NCBI GenBank assembly: GCA_964016885.1
Contig: OZ024744.1
Span: 53,568,001-53,632,000, forward strand
DNA length: 64,000 bases
Source of the DNA: Eledone cirrhosa
Taxonomy: Eukaryota
Reading direction: 5' to 3'
The notes under the pieces: model-generated
Told to the model about the DNA's origin: nothing
The model's input: the letters and a program-made list of their open reading frames with translations, nothing else
Databases searched by the model: none
Part shown: positions 24,492-37,243 of the stretch, piece by piece
Position numbering within the stretch: position 1 is the stretch's first letter
Layout: every line of letters starts with the position of its first letter
Made by a program: the position numbers and the translations under genes

Positions 24492-24620
24492 AAGTTATAT
24501 TTAAAATTGTTGGGTTACAACTAGTAAATATTTATAACTGATATAAAAGCACTCGACAAATACTTGGAGTATATTTACAATATTAAATAAATGGAAAACT
24601 ATATTTATAAAACCATATTT

Positions 24621-24684
24621 ATTTCATTATATATATTTCGGGGATATCATATTAACAATATGCTATGCCTTCATCAGACAAAAT
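24621..24684 (-). ncRNA. Hammerhead motif in PLE-2 pLTR (mirror of 29025-29088)
   Basis: Reverse complement of the 29025-29088 motif. Confidence 0.6.
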
Positions 24685-25056
24685 ACAATATAAACAGTTT
24701 TATAGATAAATATATTCGACATACCGTAATAAACATCAACTTCATTTGAAGAGGTTCACTCTAGCAGTGAAAATACAGAGAGAAAGAAAGAGAGAGAGAA
24801 AAGAGGGAAATAGGAAAGAAAGAAAGACAAAATGAAGAAAAGGAAGAAAAAGAAGAAAAAGAAAAAGAAGAAATGCATGGGACAAAATAGAGAGATGGAA
24901 AAATAGATAAAGCGAAGAGTTTCATGTAAAGAGACAGAAAGAGATATATATATATATAGAGAGAGAGAGGAAGTAGAGATAGATACATATATAAATATAG
25001 ATATAGAAAAATTAGGTAGTGGGAGGTCATTTTGAGTAAGTGTATCAATGATGCAT

Positions 25057-25091
<35 letters not shown>

Positions 25092-26199
25092 GCTCAAGTA
25101 TTAATGTAAGGGAGATATATAGAGAGATATAGAGAGATATATAGAGAGAAAAAATTTAAAAATAGCCAGACATATTCGAGGCGTAGAGAACCCTATGTTT
25201 TAATGTATTAGTATTTATAAAACTTACACTATATTGTAAATATCAGTATTCCTGAATGAAACAAGTATTCACAATGCGTGAAAATTCATTATCTTATGTT
25301 TAGTTTTTAAAAAATTCATATGTCTATGTGAATCCAACTGATTCACTCCGCAAATTCAAAGTTACCGGAAAACATTCTCAATGTGGTATAAAAATTTGAG
25401 CGTATTATTATTCTTGCGATTACTCTACAAGATTATCTATCAAGCAGAAATAGAGAGCAGATTTCAATATACTAATCGAAAATATATATTATATTATAAG
25501 CAGAGATAACAATAATAATGATAATAAGTAAAAATATATAAAAATATAAAAATATAGAATAGAAAACTAAAAAAGAATATTACGAAAGAATATTACATAA
25601 TAAAAATATTGCATATTAAAAATACTACGTATTAAAAATATTACGTATTAAAACTTTACATATAAAAATATTAAAAATAAAAATTTACATATAGAAATAT
25701 TAAAAATAAAAATAAAATAAAATAAAAAATAAAAATATTATAGAATACTACAATACTAAAAGAATAAAAATAAAAATAAAAATAAAAATAAAAATAAAAA
25801 TAAAAATAAAAATAAAAATAAAAATAAAAATAAAAATAAAAATAAAAATAAAAATAAAAATAAACCACAAAGAACAACCCTTCAAAGATAATTGACAATA
25901 TATTGCCAAGTTCACTACAAGACAAAGCCCAAAATTATCTATCAAATCACATCTAGCAAGGAATATCGCAAAAAAAGATTATGATGTCCAATAATGTCTA
26001 CATATGTTTCTATATTTAATATATAAGTTTATCAAGTGTAAGGTTAATTCAAAAAATTTGGAGCATCGGCTTTTAGGGTAGCTTAATTTTTCATGAGGAA
26101 TGTTTAGATAAAAATAAAAATAAAAATAAAAATAAATAAAATAAAATAAACAATAAAAAGAGTAAAAAGAGGGAATCAAAGATTTAGGAATCAAAAGAT

Positions 26200-28119
26200 T
26201 TATCGGCTAGTTCTCATATAAATATAAATCAAACTAAATATACTACATTTTAAATTTAAATTTATATTTAAACGTTGAGTTTAATCTATGTTTGCAACAA
26301 CTGAATAAATTTGTCCGTAGGTTAAGGGAATTTTTAGATTTTAGTATAAAGAATATCTCCTCTGCGCAGAGGTCACATGTCTCAGAGGATGAATTAAAAG
26401 GAATCCCTCTTGAGACTATATTCCAAGCCGTCGAATATCTAACGTTATCTAGCTTAAGTTGCCAGAGTACACCTGATAGTGCCGTTGAAGATTTTTTATT
26501 TGGATCTGTGAAAGAATTCTTGTGGTTATTATAGCGAAGTTTAAATTCCGTCGATGTGGAACCGACGTAGTTAAAAGAATTAGAGTCAGTATTAACATTA
26601 CAATTGTATACTATATTTTTAACTAAGCAGTTGTTATTTAACGGACATTTAGATCTATCTCTACAGTTACATTTGTTAACTTGTATATTATTTATGCTAT
26701 TATCAGTAGGTTTTAAGTTCCTATTATTTATTCTATTAATATTTTGTGCTAAATTTTTGGTGGATGAGTAGGTTAATTTAATTGTATGCCTATTGAAGAT
26801 TGAGTGGTACCTATGTGTTCTAGGGAAGCGATTATCAAGAGCTTTGAAAAATAATTTAGCGATGTGGGTTTTAATGTTTAGTGAGAAAGGGGGGGCAAAC
26901 CAAATTATGTTCCTAGTTCTATATCTTTTTTGTCCTTTGGAATTATTGTAATGCTTTCTATTATAGTTGTTAATGTTGTTGCCGTCATTAAAAAGTTGTT
27001 ACTTTGTTTAGTTTGTTTATCATTATCTATGTACACAATCTTATCAGCATACCCTGCCCTAGCTAGTGCATCATTATAGTATTGGGCCTTTTCGTCAAAA
27101 ATCTTTCTATTCGACGAGATCCTAGAGATACGTTTTTGGACTGAGTTTACTATAGTGTTTTTGACAGATCTGGGGTGGTTAGAGTTAAAGTTGACATAGT
27201 TTAAGTTTTCATTCAACTTGTGAAAAGGATAGTGGAGACATGTGTTGAGATTTAATGTTATATCTAGGAAATTGACTATTCTATGGTTGTTCTCAATTTC
27301 TATTTTAAGGTTAAAGTAATTAAAAAATTTTGTAATTTGTTTACATTTTCTATTTAGTTCAGGGTTATTATTATTAATAAGTAAAAGCATGTCATCCCTA
27401 TATAAACCTCCGGTAGTACCAGGTATTTTCCTATGTAGCGAATTGATTAAAAATAAGCCCACAAGGTCAGTTACCTGAGCTGAGTCGGAAGATCCCATAG
27501 TTATGTCAAAATTGCTATCTCTATCTGCTCTGGTCCATAATTTGTCATCAAATTCTATCAAAGTTTTCCTAGCCGATAATATAATATGCATTTCTTTGCT
27601 AGTTAGGTCCGTATGTTTGAATGCGTAATTTAGTGCCTTATTTAGTAGACTAGGGGTAATAGAAGAATAATAATAGTTAGCTATATCAAGTTGAATAAAC
27701 CTATTATTATTGTCATATTTAATTTGCCTAAACCACTCAACAACCTCTCCAGTTCCCTTCCACAAGCTCAGGTTAGATACATAATCCAAGTTCTTAATTT
27801 GCAGTATCACCCTGTCAAGAATGTTTTTGCTTAATTTGCCCAGGTCCGATTTTGAAGGTGCGATCAATCTAACTGGCAGGTCAATCTCAAAATTCCTCTT
27901 GTGGTCCTTCATATTGATCTTCGGTTTCCTGGGCACGAAAGGTTGTGTTCTGTTCTCAATTTCCAACTCATGCATTATACAAGATGCTTCAACATTCATT
28001 TTCTCAAGTTCGGTCTTATCTGCTACCTTGTATTTTTTCCTCAGCTCTTTCAGTATGAGGCCATTATACATGTCTTTCTGCACTCCATAGAGGTTGTTGG
28101 TCTTGTCAGATTTCACCAA
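26200..28119 (-). pseudogene. PLE-2 RT (26905-28119) and frameshifted GIY-YIG domain (~26200-26950, missing from the ORF track)
   Basis: KSDKTNNLY, MKDHK, MGSSDS, GLYRDD, NFLDITL. Manual translation downstream gives RNIIWFAPPFS..CNCRDRSKCPLNNNCL..IVYNC..YVGSTSTEFKLRYNNH..CDLCAEE..CCKHR. Confidence 0.88.
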
Positions 28120-28609
28120 GATTTCTTTTTTAGTTTTCTATTCTATATTTTTATATTTTTATATATTTTTACTTATTATCATTATTATTGTTATCTCTGC
28201 TTATAATATAATATATATTTTCGATTAGTATATTGAAATCTGCTCTCTATTTCTGCTTGATAGATAATCTTGTAGAGTAATCGCAAGAATAATAATACGC
28301 TCAAATTTTTATACCACATTGAGAATGTTTTCCGGTAACTTTGAATTTGCGGAGTGAATCAGTTGGATTCACATAGACATATGAATTTGTTAAAAAACTA
28401 AACATAAGATAATGAATTTTCACGCATTGTGAATACTTGTTTCATTCAGGAATACTGATATTTACAATATAGTGTAAGTTTTATAAATACTAATACATTA
28501 AAACATAGGGTTCTCTACGCCTCGAATATGTCTGGCTATTTTTAAATTTTTTCTCTCTCTATATCTCTCTATATCTCTCTATATATCTCCCTTACATTAA
28601 TACTTGAGC

Positions 28610-28652
<43 letters not shown>

Positions 28653-29024
28653 ATGCATCATTGATACACTTACTCAAAATGACCTCCCACTACCTAATTT
28701 TTCTATATCTATATTTATATATGTATCTATCTCTACTTCCTCTCTCTCTCTATATATATATATATCTCTTTCTGTCTCTTTACATGAAGCTCTTCGCTTT
28801 ATCTATTTTTCCATCTCTCTATTTTGTCCCATGCATTTCTTCTTTTTCTTTTTCTTCTTTTTCTTCCTTTTCTTCATTTTGTCTTTCTTTCTTTCCTATT
28901 TCCCTCTTTTCTCTCTCTCTTTCTTTCTCTCTGTATTTTCACTGCTAGAGTGAACCTCTTCAAATGAAGTTGATGTTTATTACGGTATGTCGAATATATT
29001 TATCTATAAAACTGTTTATATTGT

Positions 29025-29088
29025 ATTTTGTCTGATGAAGGCATAGCATATTGTTAATATGATATCCCCGAAATATATATAATGAAAT
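29025..29088 (+). ncRNA. Minimal hammerhead motif (CUGAUGA core)
   Basis: attttgt-CTGATGA-imperfect stem II (catatt/aatatg)-GAAA-tatata-TA-atgaaat, with palindromic helix III. Confidence 0.6.
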
Positions 29089-29127
29089 AAATATGGTTTT
29101 ATAAATATAGTTTTCCATTTATTTAAT

Positions 29128-29179
<52 letters not shown>

Positions 29180-29186
<7 letters not shown>

Positions 29187-29419
29187 CATACATATATATA
29201 TATATAATATAAATAAGAAGAAACAGTAAAAAATGGTAAGGGAATTTTCTCTCGGAAAACATCAAAGGATTTATTTACAAAATAGGAATTTCTGCATTTA
29301 ATTGTACCGGTTTCGGCGTATATGCTTTTTCAATATTTTATTACATGTTATCCATGTGCTACCAGCAGTATTTTTCTCCCCATTTTATCACATATATTTA
29401 CCTAAACTGCGATTCTGTT

Positions 29420-29491
<72 letters not shown>

Positions 29492-29949
29492 TGCTCCCTC
29501 ATTCTCTCTGTTTCTCCTACTTTCTTTCGCCCCCTCTGTCATGTCAGTTAACTCTTCCTCACACTTCAGCTCACTCACTCACTGTTTCTCCTCTCCTCAC
29601 TTCACCCCGTTCGCAGCGAAAGCAATTTCTCTCTTTCTCACATTGCATTCGTTCGCGAAAGGTCTTTTTTCTAAGCGCTCATATATTCACCTAGCTTATG
29701 CTAACAGAATAACTATGAAGCTTGTTTCCTTCCTTCTACGGTTAGCTCTACTCTTTGTTATTTTCCTGTCTCACTCGCTTTACGCGTTTTAATTGTCCTA
29801 ATAACTTAATTTAGTTATTATTGCACCGACGTGAGGTATATGATTTTTAATGCAATGAAATATCTATGATCGTCGGCAAATTACTGATGAGGGACTTATT
29901 TTATTACATGTTATCCATGTGCTACCAGCAGTATTTTTCTCCCCATTTT

Positions 29950-29955
<6 letters not shown>
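29180..29955. mobile_element. Non-coding Penelope pLTR-like remnant with (CT)n and internal 60-bp direct repeat
   Basis: 29185-29316 is an inverted copy of 36282-36411 and includes GAAACCGGTA. 29334-29392 is repeated at 29898-29955. ctgatga at 29885. Confidence 0.55.
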
Positions 29956-29985
<30 letters not shown>

Positions 29986-30010
29986 AAAAAGTATGACCCC
30001 GACGGCAGAG

Positions 30011-30090
30011 CTCAAGCGGTTTCGACGGCTATTTCTGGACTAAATTATCATTTTTAGCCTGGTGAATAAATAGCCGAACTTGTCAAGGAG
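30011..30090 (-). ncRNA. Hammerhead-like motif with TTGACAA core and extended stem II
   Basis: ctcc-TTGACAA-gttcggctattt...aaatagccgtc-GAAA-ccgc-TT-gag. Stem I is imperfect. Confidence 0.45.
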
Positions 30091-30358
30091 GTACTTCCTT
30101 ATATGGGAAGATTGTAGTTGTCAAGAGGATTGTTTAAAATTTGTTGTAAACACAAATAAGTCTATCATGGCATTTGGTGGGACGTAGGGGTGGCTGAACT
30201 TGGCTGTAGAACAATAGGGGAGTGAGTGGAGCGGACAAGCGTTGAAAGTGATATGTATACAGCAGATTCTAAGGATAGTGTATGAAGTGGAGGGGGGAGG
30301 TTATAGAATAGGTAAATCGAATGAGAGTAGGAGACAATAAAAGATAATAGAAATAAAT

Positions 30359-30398
<40 letters not shown>

Positions 30399-30785
30399 AG
30401 ATTAGATAGTGAGAAATGAATAAAAAAAATCACAATGTTATCTTACAATTACAGATTAATAAGTTGAGAATAGAAAATTAAAGGGGTTTAACACGTCTGC
30501 TATAAGTAGTTAGTAAAACGTATTCGGTCAATTCTATCTTAAAATTACAGGGGTGGGGGAACTGATGCTACAGAGGCCCGATGGGTGCATCGGGGTAGGC
30601 GAACAGGGAAAAGCAGACGAGGAAGAAAATAGGGGTGGAAGGAAGTGATAGGATGAGTCAGGGGCATGAAGAAGACAAAGAGGAAAAGAAAAGAAAAGCG
30701 ATACATCTACCTATGTAAGCTGGGTTTCCCCCTAACTTATTCGGCAAGTGTGTGTGTGTCGGGGGGGGGGGGCATCAGCCCTTGT

Positions 30786-32931
30786 CTACCCACCCGGGTC
30801 GTTATGGGGTTTGAGGGCGAGGTAAGTCCTACGCAATCTGTGTTTGCATGCGGTTACCAATTCGTCTTTCTTGTTTAGGAGTTGGTCCTTCGAAAACAGT
30901 ATTTGTAATGTTTCCTCCGAGCATAAGTTACGGCATCCTCCCGTGTAAGAGTTAGCTCTGGACAGTAAGCTCCAAGTGAGATTGTAGGTTATATTTTCAT
31001 CTTGGAGGTCCCAGATGTGACCCGAAAGTGTAGTGGCATGTCGCCGGACCGGGTTTCGGAAAGTATGTCGGTTTTGGTAGAGCCGGGTCTTGAAGTCACA
31101 CGCGGTTAATCCTATATAAGCTTTGTTGGAGGTGTCCGTTCTCACGTTGCACTGGTAGATCACGTTACGTTCTCAGCATTTGTTGTTGAGGGGGCACGTA
31201 GATCTATCAAGGAAGTTACACCTCCTGGTCGGCTCTCCACTGATGTCTAGGTTATTTCTTCCATAGAGGTTGAGTTTCTTGCTGTTTGAGGAGACGATGT
31301 TTTGTGCGAAGTTAGGTGTGGTGTTGTAGGAGAGTTTGATGGTGTTTTTGTTGATTATGTTGTGGTAGCGGTGTTGTAGTGGGAAGTGTTTTTCGAGGAG
31401 TCTAAAGAAGATTTTCCCAATAGGTGTTGCCACCTCGGCATTATGGGGAGGATTATACCATGTTACGTTGCGTGAGCGGCGGTGTCGCCTGATGGTTCCG
31501 CTCAGGGAAGCTGGATAAAAGGATTTTTCCTCCGGGAAGCCACTCTGCTTGAGGGCCTGGTTGTAATGAGGCGCGTGTTCGTCGAATATCTGCTCATTAG
31601 CGGACAAACGAGATATGCGGAGAGAGATGTTTTTATCCAGGTTATTGGTGATGTTTCTAGGATGGTTAGAGCGGCGGTGGATGTAGTGCAGGTTGTCGTT
31701 TGGTTTCCTGTATGGGTAGTACAGATCATTTTCGAGGTTAAGTGTAACGTCCAGGAAATTGACTCGGGTTAGGGACGTTTGTAGGGTGATTTTAAATCCC
31801 CAGTCCCGGAAGAAGTTGATTAGTTGTTTACGGACCCGGTCTGTACTACTGGGGTTGTACCCTTTGAGGGTGAGGAGCCCATCATCCCGGTACAATCCAC
31901 CGCCGAATGCAGGAAACATTTGGTGAGTTTAAATAGTAGGAATAATCCTATAAGATCTGTGACCTCGGCCGAATCCGTCGCGCCCATTCTGACGTCGAAG
32001 GGGGAGTCGGGATCTCTCTTTATCAACTTGGAGTTGTCGAAAAGTAGGACTGTCTTCCTGGCGTGGAGAATGATATTTCTTTCCTGGTCAGTGGTGGGTG
32101 TGAGTGTTTCGGCAAAGTCCAAGGCGGCCGTAAGGAGCGGTAAGGTATTACATGCATAGTAACTCTCTATGTCAAACTGGATGAATTTTGTGTCTTGTTT
32201 GTCCTCCATAATCCTGAACCATGAGATTACTTCCTGGGTGCTGACCCATAGGCTAAGTCTCACGTTTTGCTTAACTTTTGGTATAACTCGGTCAAGGATC
32301 TTTTTACAGTTTCTCCCTGTGTCCGACTTCGTTGGGTTTATAAGCCTAATGGATGGTTTGCGGTCGAAGTCGGATTTGTGGTCCTTCATTGTGAAGTAGG
32401 GAGTCCGTGGGTCTAGAGGCTCAGTGCGGTCGGCGACCCCCCTGAGGCTGGAGGTAATTTGTTGTCCATCTCGTTTTATGTCCTCGATAATTGAATGGTT
32501 AGCCTTGTTATAGGTGGAGTTAAGGCTGCTCCTGATCAGTGTGTGGTATCTGTCAGGGTTGACGAAGTAGAGATTTCCAGTTTTGTCCGAGTGCACTATG
32601 ATGTCGTTGGTGTTTTCATACTCTGTTATTTTGCTACGGAGTTGTTGCAGGAATCTGTTGTGTCTGGGTTTGAATTTAATACTCTTGACCAGGTGGAAAA
32701 GGTCGTTCTCAAAGAGTGAGAGCATAGGGTTCGGAGGGGGAGATTTGTAGGTATTGAATCCGAATCTCTCCTTAGTGTCGAAGTCCTGATTGTCGCGGTA
32801 TCTATCGTAGAAAAAAGTTCTCCATCTTAGTCTTTTCGCAAAAAGGTCAATTTTTTCTGAGTGAGCATCCGAAGGTAAAGTTTTCTCGGTGGAACTGGGA
32901 TGTTCTTGGTGGAGAAGTCGATGTTGTGTTT
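30786..32931 (-). pseudogene. PLE-3 polyprotein (RT + GIY-YIG), disrupted
   Basis: KHNIDFSTKNIPVP, VHSDKTGNLY, MKDHK, QFDIESYY, MGATDS, GLYRDD, WYNPP, CPLNNKC*, VIY..YIGLT..FKTRLYQN, CKHR. Confidence 0.9.
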
Positions 32932-33549
32932 CACCAGGCTAAATATTCTAATTTAGTCCAGAAATAGCCGTCGAAACGGCTTGAGCTGTGAAGTTGGAGT
33001 CATACTTTTTCCTATTTCCCACTCTACTACCCTAAGTATTGAGTCCTCTGGTGCGTAATGGTCCATCTGGTTCCTTACCACAATTCCTTTGTTATTTAGC
33101 TCCTATCTATGTAGTAGAGCACTTTCCGACTCTACCACGCCATATCCCTACTTTTCCACCCAGCTCAAGTTTCTTCACTCGCACGATGCGAAAACACAAC
33201 ATCGACTATCTAATTATATATATATAGAAGAAACTTGAGCTGGGTGGAAAAGTAGGGATATGGCGTGGCAGAGTCGGAAAGTGCTCTACTACATAGATAG
33301 GAGCTAAATAACAAAGGAATTGTGGAAAGGAACCAGATGGACCATTACGCACCAGATACTCAATACTTAGGGCAGTAAGTGGGTAGTATTTGCCAAGTAG
33401 CGTATGCCAAAGGTGCTCGATACTAATGCCGGCAGTATTAAATATTCGAAGTGTTAATATTTAGTGGGCTAGAGAATTAGCAGAGCGTAAGCACGTGGGA
33501 AAGTAAGAAATCGGAGAATAGACCGTTAAAACATGTTTATTTAAAACAG

Positions 33550-33586
33550 CACCTACGTACGTTTCGCCCGGTTGAGCTTCTCAAGG
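33550..33586 (-). ncRNA. Minimal hammerhead motif, TTGAGAA (U3-A8) core
   Basis: cc-TTGAGAA-gctc(aacc)gggc-GAAA-cgtacg-TA-gg, with palindromic acgtacgt helix III. Confidence 0.6.
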
Positions 33587-35211
33587 ACATAAATAATCAA
33601 AAGTGTTCCTTACATTGCTCGGAAAGAGTTTTGGGGGTTAAATCTACGTCAAGGTTCATTGCTCGCAAAAATAGCTTGTTTTGATTTTGCAGCAGGGCTA
33701 GAGAGGTAACTCTGGCCAGTGTTAGGGCAGTCTTTCCCAGACAAATTTTTTATCCGCTACGAGATGAGGTTACAACCTTACCATTGTCGGTACGCATGTA
33801 ATCAACGCTTATTTTGAGAGTTTTTTTTTTTTTTTTTTGCTGCATCTGTTTGTCTGAGTCGTTTGAGGCTGGGTCTGGTATGCAAGGATAGTTTCCCGGG
33901 TGTTATTTTGCAGCGTCTTCCCGCCGGGGTGTTAAGACTTGTTGCAGGGAGATCCGGTGCCCGGTTTCACTCCTCATCCTTAACCCATCTGAAGAAGGAT
34001 ATTTTTAAGCGATGTGTACAACTTATCGCTGCTTCAGCTCTGCTGTTGATGAGCTGGTGGGGTGCAGTTATGATGTGGTAGAGCTCCATGAGGCAAAGAT
34101 CGCATTTCCTCTTGAAGTTGTACGGTGCAGCCCTTCAGACAATATCCCAGTGCGTGGAGAAGCTGATGTTTAAGTCCTTTAGTGATGTGATGTAGTCCGC
34201 GAGCGAAGTGGAGTGTCTTAGTTTTTTTTTTTTGCGAAAGAGTGGAGATGTGTTCGAAACCTAATTTTGAACGGGCCGGAGGTAGCCCCTATATAATGTT
34301 TAACGCTATTGTGGCTAGTTATAGTGCATCTATATATAACCCTACCAGTCAAGCAGTATCCTCTAAGGGGGCAGCGTCCTCTGTCAAGGCAGTTTCAATT
34401 TCTGTCGCGGTTCCGTCTATTTCCCACGGTAAGGCTATCATTGTTGCTGCCTACGTTGTTACCTACGCTACCGCAGCTGTCGTTAGCACCATTACAACCC
34501 ACAGCACGCGGGGTGGTGCGATTGTTATTCCGCACGTCATGTCCTGCATGTTCCCCAGTCATTTCGCGGTTATGCTGTTGCGTCTGCGGATGCCCTTGCC
34601 AACACTATTGGATGCTGCCAGGGAGTTGTTAAGGCCGATATAGTTATTGTCAGGTGTAGGTGCGTCTGTGTCGAGGTGTTGTGTCTTGGTGATTTTACTG
34701 TGGTTCGTTGTTCCTATGATGTCTGCTAAGTTAGGAGTAGTAGAGAAGGATATTTTTAGATTGTTCGTATTAAGAATTTTTCTATACCTATGGTTGGGCA
34801 GGAAGTTCTTCACTAAGGCTTCGAAGAACATCCGGGGTATGTTGGAGGCCACACTCCGAGAGTAGGGGCGGGGGGGGGGGGGGGGGGGTAACCATAGAAC
34901 CTTACGGTGGCGATTACGTCTCCTTGTACGTTTGCTACGGGCGGTTCCATCTAGGTGACCGCTCTTATGTGTGTTAATGCGCAGTCGCCCGTTCGCTGCC
35001 CCTTCCACTTTATGCTCGGTTGCACTCTTCCTACCTCTTCCATGTTTATGTACAGGAAGATGTTGGTGGAAGGCGTTGGTAGGAGGCCGTCGCCTTTGTT
35101 GGTTTTGTAATAGGGGAATAGTTCGAGTAATCTACAGTGGTCACCGTCGTCGGGGTCGTGATATTTAGTGCGGTTATCTATTCTATTATATCCGACTTCA
35201 ACGATTATTTA

Positions 35212-35251
35212 TACCCTTGAGGAGCCCAACCGGGCGAAACGTACGTAGGTG
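35212..35251 (+). ncRNA. Minimal hammerhead motif, TTGAGGA core
   Basis: cc-TTGAGGA-gccc(aacc)gggc-GAAA-cgtacg-TA-gg. Confidence 0.58.
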
Positions 35252-35452
35252 CTGTTTTAACGGTCTATTCTCCGATTTCTTACTTTCCCACGTGCTTACG
35301 CTCTGCTAATTCTCTAGCCCACTAAATATTAACACTTCGAATATTTAATACTGCCGGCATTAGTATCGAGCACCTTTGGCAGACGCTACTTGGCAAATAA
35401 TTATATGTATCACATATCCTCCCCTTTTTTTCTCTCTCTCGATACGTAAATA

Positions 35453-35808
<356 letters not shown>

Positions 35809-35896
35809 GTTTAACAAGGTTCATTGAATTAATCAATGAATAAAGTTTTACAATAGATTAGAAGCCCTCGAGAAGAAGGTTTTCTGGAGTTATTAA

Positions 35897-36230
35897 TATT
35901 ACTTCAAAATATTAATAAATATAGACATTCATGTGATCAAATATATTTTATTAAACATATTTCAGAGGTACTGAGCTATTTCATCAGTACATCCTCATCA
36001 GATAAAATAAATTGACGTCTGACATACCTCAACTGTGCAGCTGGTTCAAATTCAGTCTTCGCAGACTGGATTTGAACTGGATTTGAACCATCAGCACAGT
36101 CGAGGTATGTCAGACATCGATTTATTTTATCTGATGAGGACGTACTGATGAAATAGCTCAGTACCTCTGAAATATGTATAATAAATTATATTTAATCACA
36201 TGATTGTCTACATTTATTAATATTTTGAAG

Positions 36231-36235
<5 letters not shown>
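35897..36235. mobile_element. ~340-bp foldback element of two inverted hammerhead-bearing arms
   Basis: 35897-36057 pairs with 36063-36235. tttat-CTGATGA-ggaygtactga(9 nt)tcagtacctct-GAAA-tatgtw-TA-ataaa at 36126-36185 (+) and 35946-36007 (-). Confidence 0.8.
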
Positions 36236-36268
<33 letters not shown>

Positions 36269-36404
36269 AAAAATTATAAAAGCCGAAACCGGTACAATTA
36301 AATGTAGAAATTCCTATTTTGTAAATCCTTTGATGTTATTCCGAGAGAAAATTCCCTTACCATTTTTTACTGTTTCTTCTTATTTACTATTTTATATATA
36401 TATG

Positions 36405-36457
<53 letters not shown>

Positions 36458-36460
36458 TAT

Positions 36461-36826
36461 AAACAGAAATATATAGAGAAAGGTTATCAAACAAATTTGA
36501 ATAAGCTGTCGATGAAGTTATGAGTTCAGTTCACGTTAGTACTTTGTGATCTTGACCAAGACATTTTATTTCTATTACACTTGTCCATTTACTTGAAATA
36601 AAATGAGTTGTATCTGTAATTCAAGAGGACGCGTTTCCTTACGCATTGTTTCACATTGGATGTCTGTTAGAACTAAATTAATGATATACTTGTCTGTGGA
36701 ATCCAAATCCACATAACGATAACTCCACGAGCAGGCTGGTCCGTTCCTCAAACAACTGAAACACTCGTCGTCGAAACCGACGGAAGCTCAGCATAATCTG
36801 TTAAAGTGTCTTCAGGTCATTTTTTA
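36461..36826 (-). repeat. Right arm of inverted duplication (partner 17988-18352)
   Basis: Reverse complement of 17988-18352. Confidence 0.85.
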
Positions 36827-36869
36827 TAGAGTATATAGAGGAGAAAACACAGAAGGGTATATTTTCAAT

Positions 36870-37242
36870 TACGATGAATGTGGCGAGAATGGCCCGTGTG
36901 AGTGGGCCTACTCTGGCCATGCGCCTATAGGCTGGCTAATTTCAATAGAAGAGTGGTGCTCTCCCCGGGTGCGCTAGAAGCGCGGGGTGGTTCAGTTTTG
37001 GTGGGATACCTGAGTCCCCCTGGGTCGTCCACCCGCCACCCCGCTATTGGGGAAATTATTTTGTTTTATTTATGCATAGTTTATTTTATATATATTTTTA
37101 TATCTTCATTGTCAAATTAGTCTTGTCATTGTGCACTTTTACTCGAGCTTATTGTAAACCCCCACTGTCCGTGTCTTTGTATTGTCCCCTACATCTCGGC
37201 CCTTGTGGCCAATAAATGAAATCCTTATTATTATTATTATTA
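36870..37242 (+). mobile_element. Tx1/L1-like element 3' terminal fragment with (ATT)n tail
   Basis: NVARMARVSGPTLAMRL* matches the ORF2 end at 49961. ctattgggga motif and cccttgtggccaataaa. Confidence 0.75.
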
Positions 37243-37243
37243 T

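Larger units (their letters stand above)
24490..29133 (-). mobile_element. Penelope-like element PLE-2, 5'-truncated, with ~1-kb inverted pLTRs (24577-25577, 28122-29133)
   Basis: The arms are reverse complements. They enclose RT and GIY-YIG coding sequence. (TA)n on both flanks. Confidence 0.92.
29983..33385 (-). mobile_element. Penelope-like element PLE-3 with inverted pLTR (32930-33212) and a further re-inverted pLTR piece (33227-33385)
   Basis: 29983-30066 is inverted at 32930-33013. 33020-33176 is inverted at 33227-33385. (TA)n at 29955 and 33215. Confidence 0.88.
33389..35397 (-). mobile_element. Penelope-like element PLE-4, 5'-truncated GIY-YIG fragment between inverted pLTRs (33389-33598, 35203-35397)
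   Basis: RKVLWLPP..HRYRKILNTNNLKISFSTTPNL on the - strand. Inverted ~200-bp repeats each carry a hammerhead motif. Confidence 0.82.

Noticed and set aside
24577-29133. DNA transposon with 1-kb TIRs
   Set aside because: The interior encodes PLE RT/GIY-YIG, and inverted pLTRs are a known PLE configuration.
31173-31175. In-frame TGA in the PLE-3 Cys-rich linker as selenocysteine (Naiad selenoprotein)
   Set aside because: It aligns with Leu (C-L) in PLE-1 and PLE-2, not Cys. The copy has other disabling mutations and no SECIS is evident.
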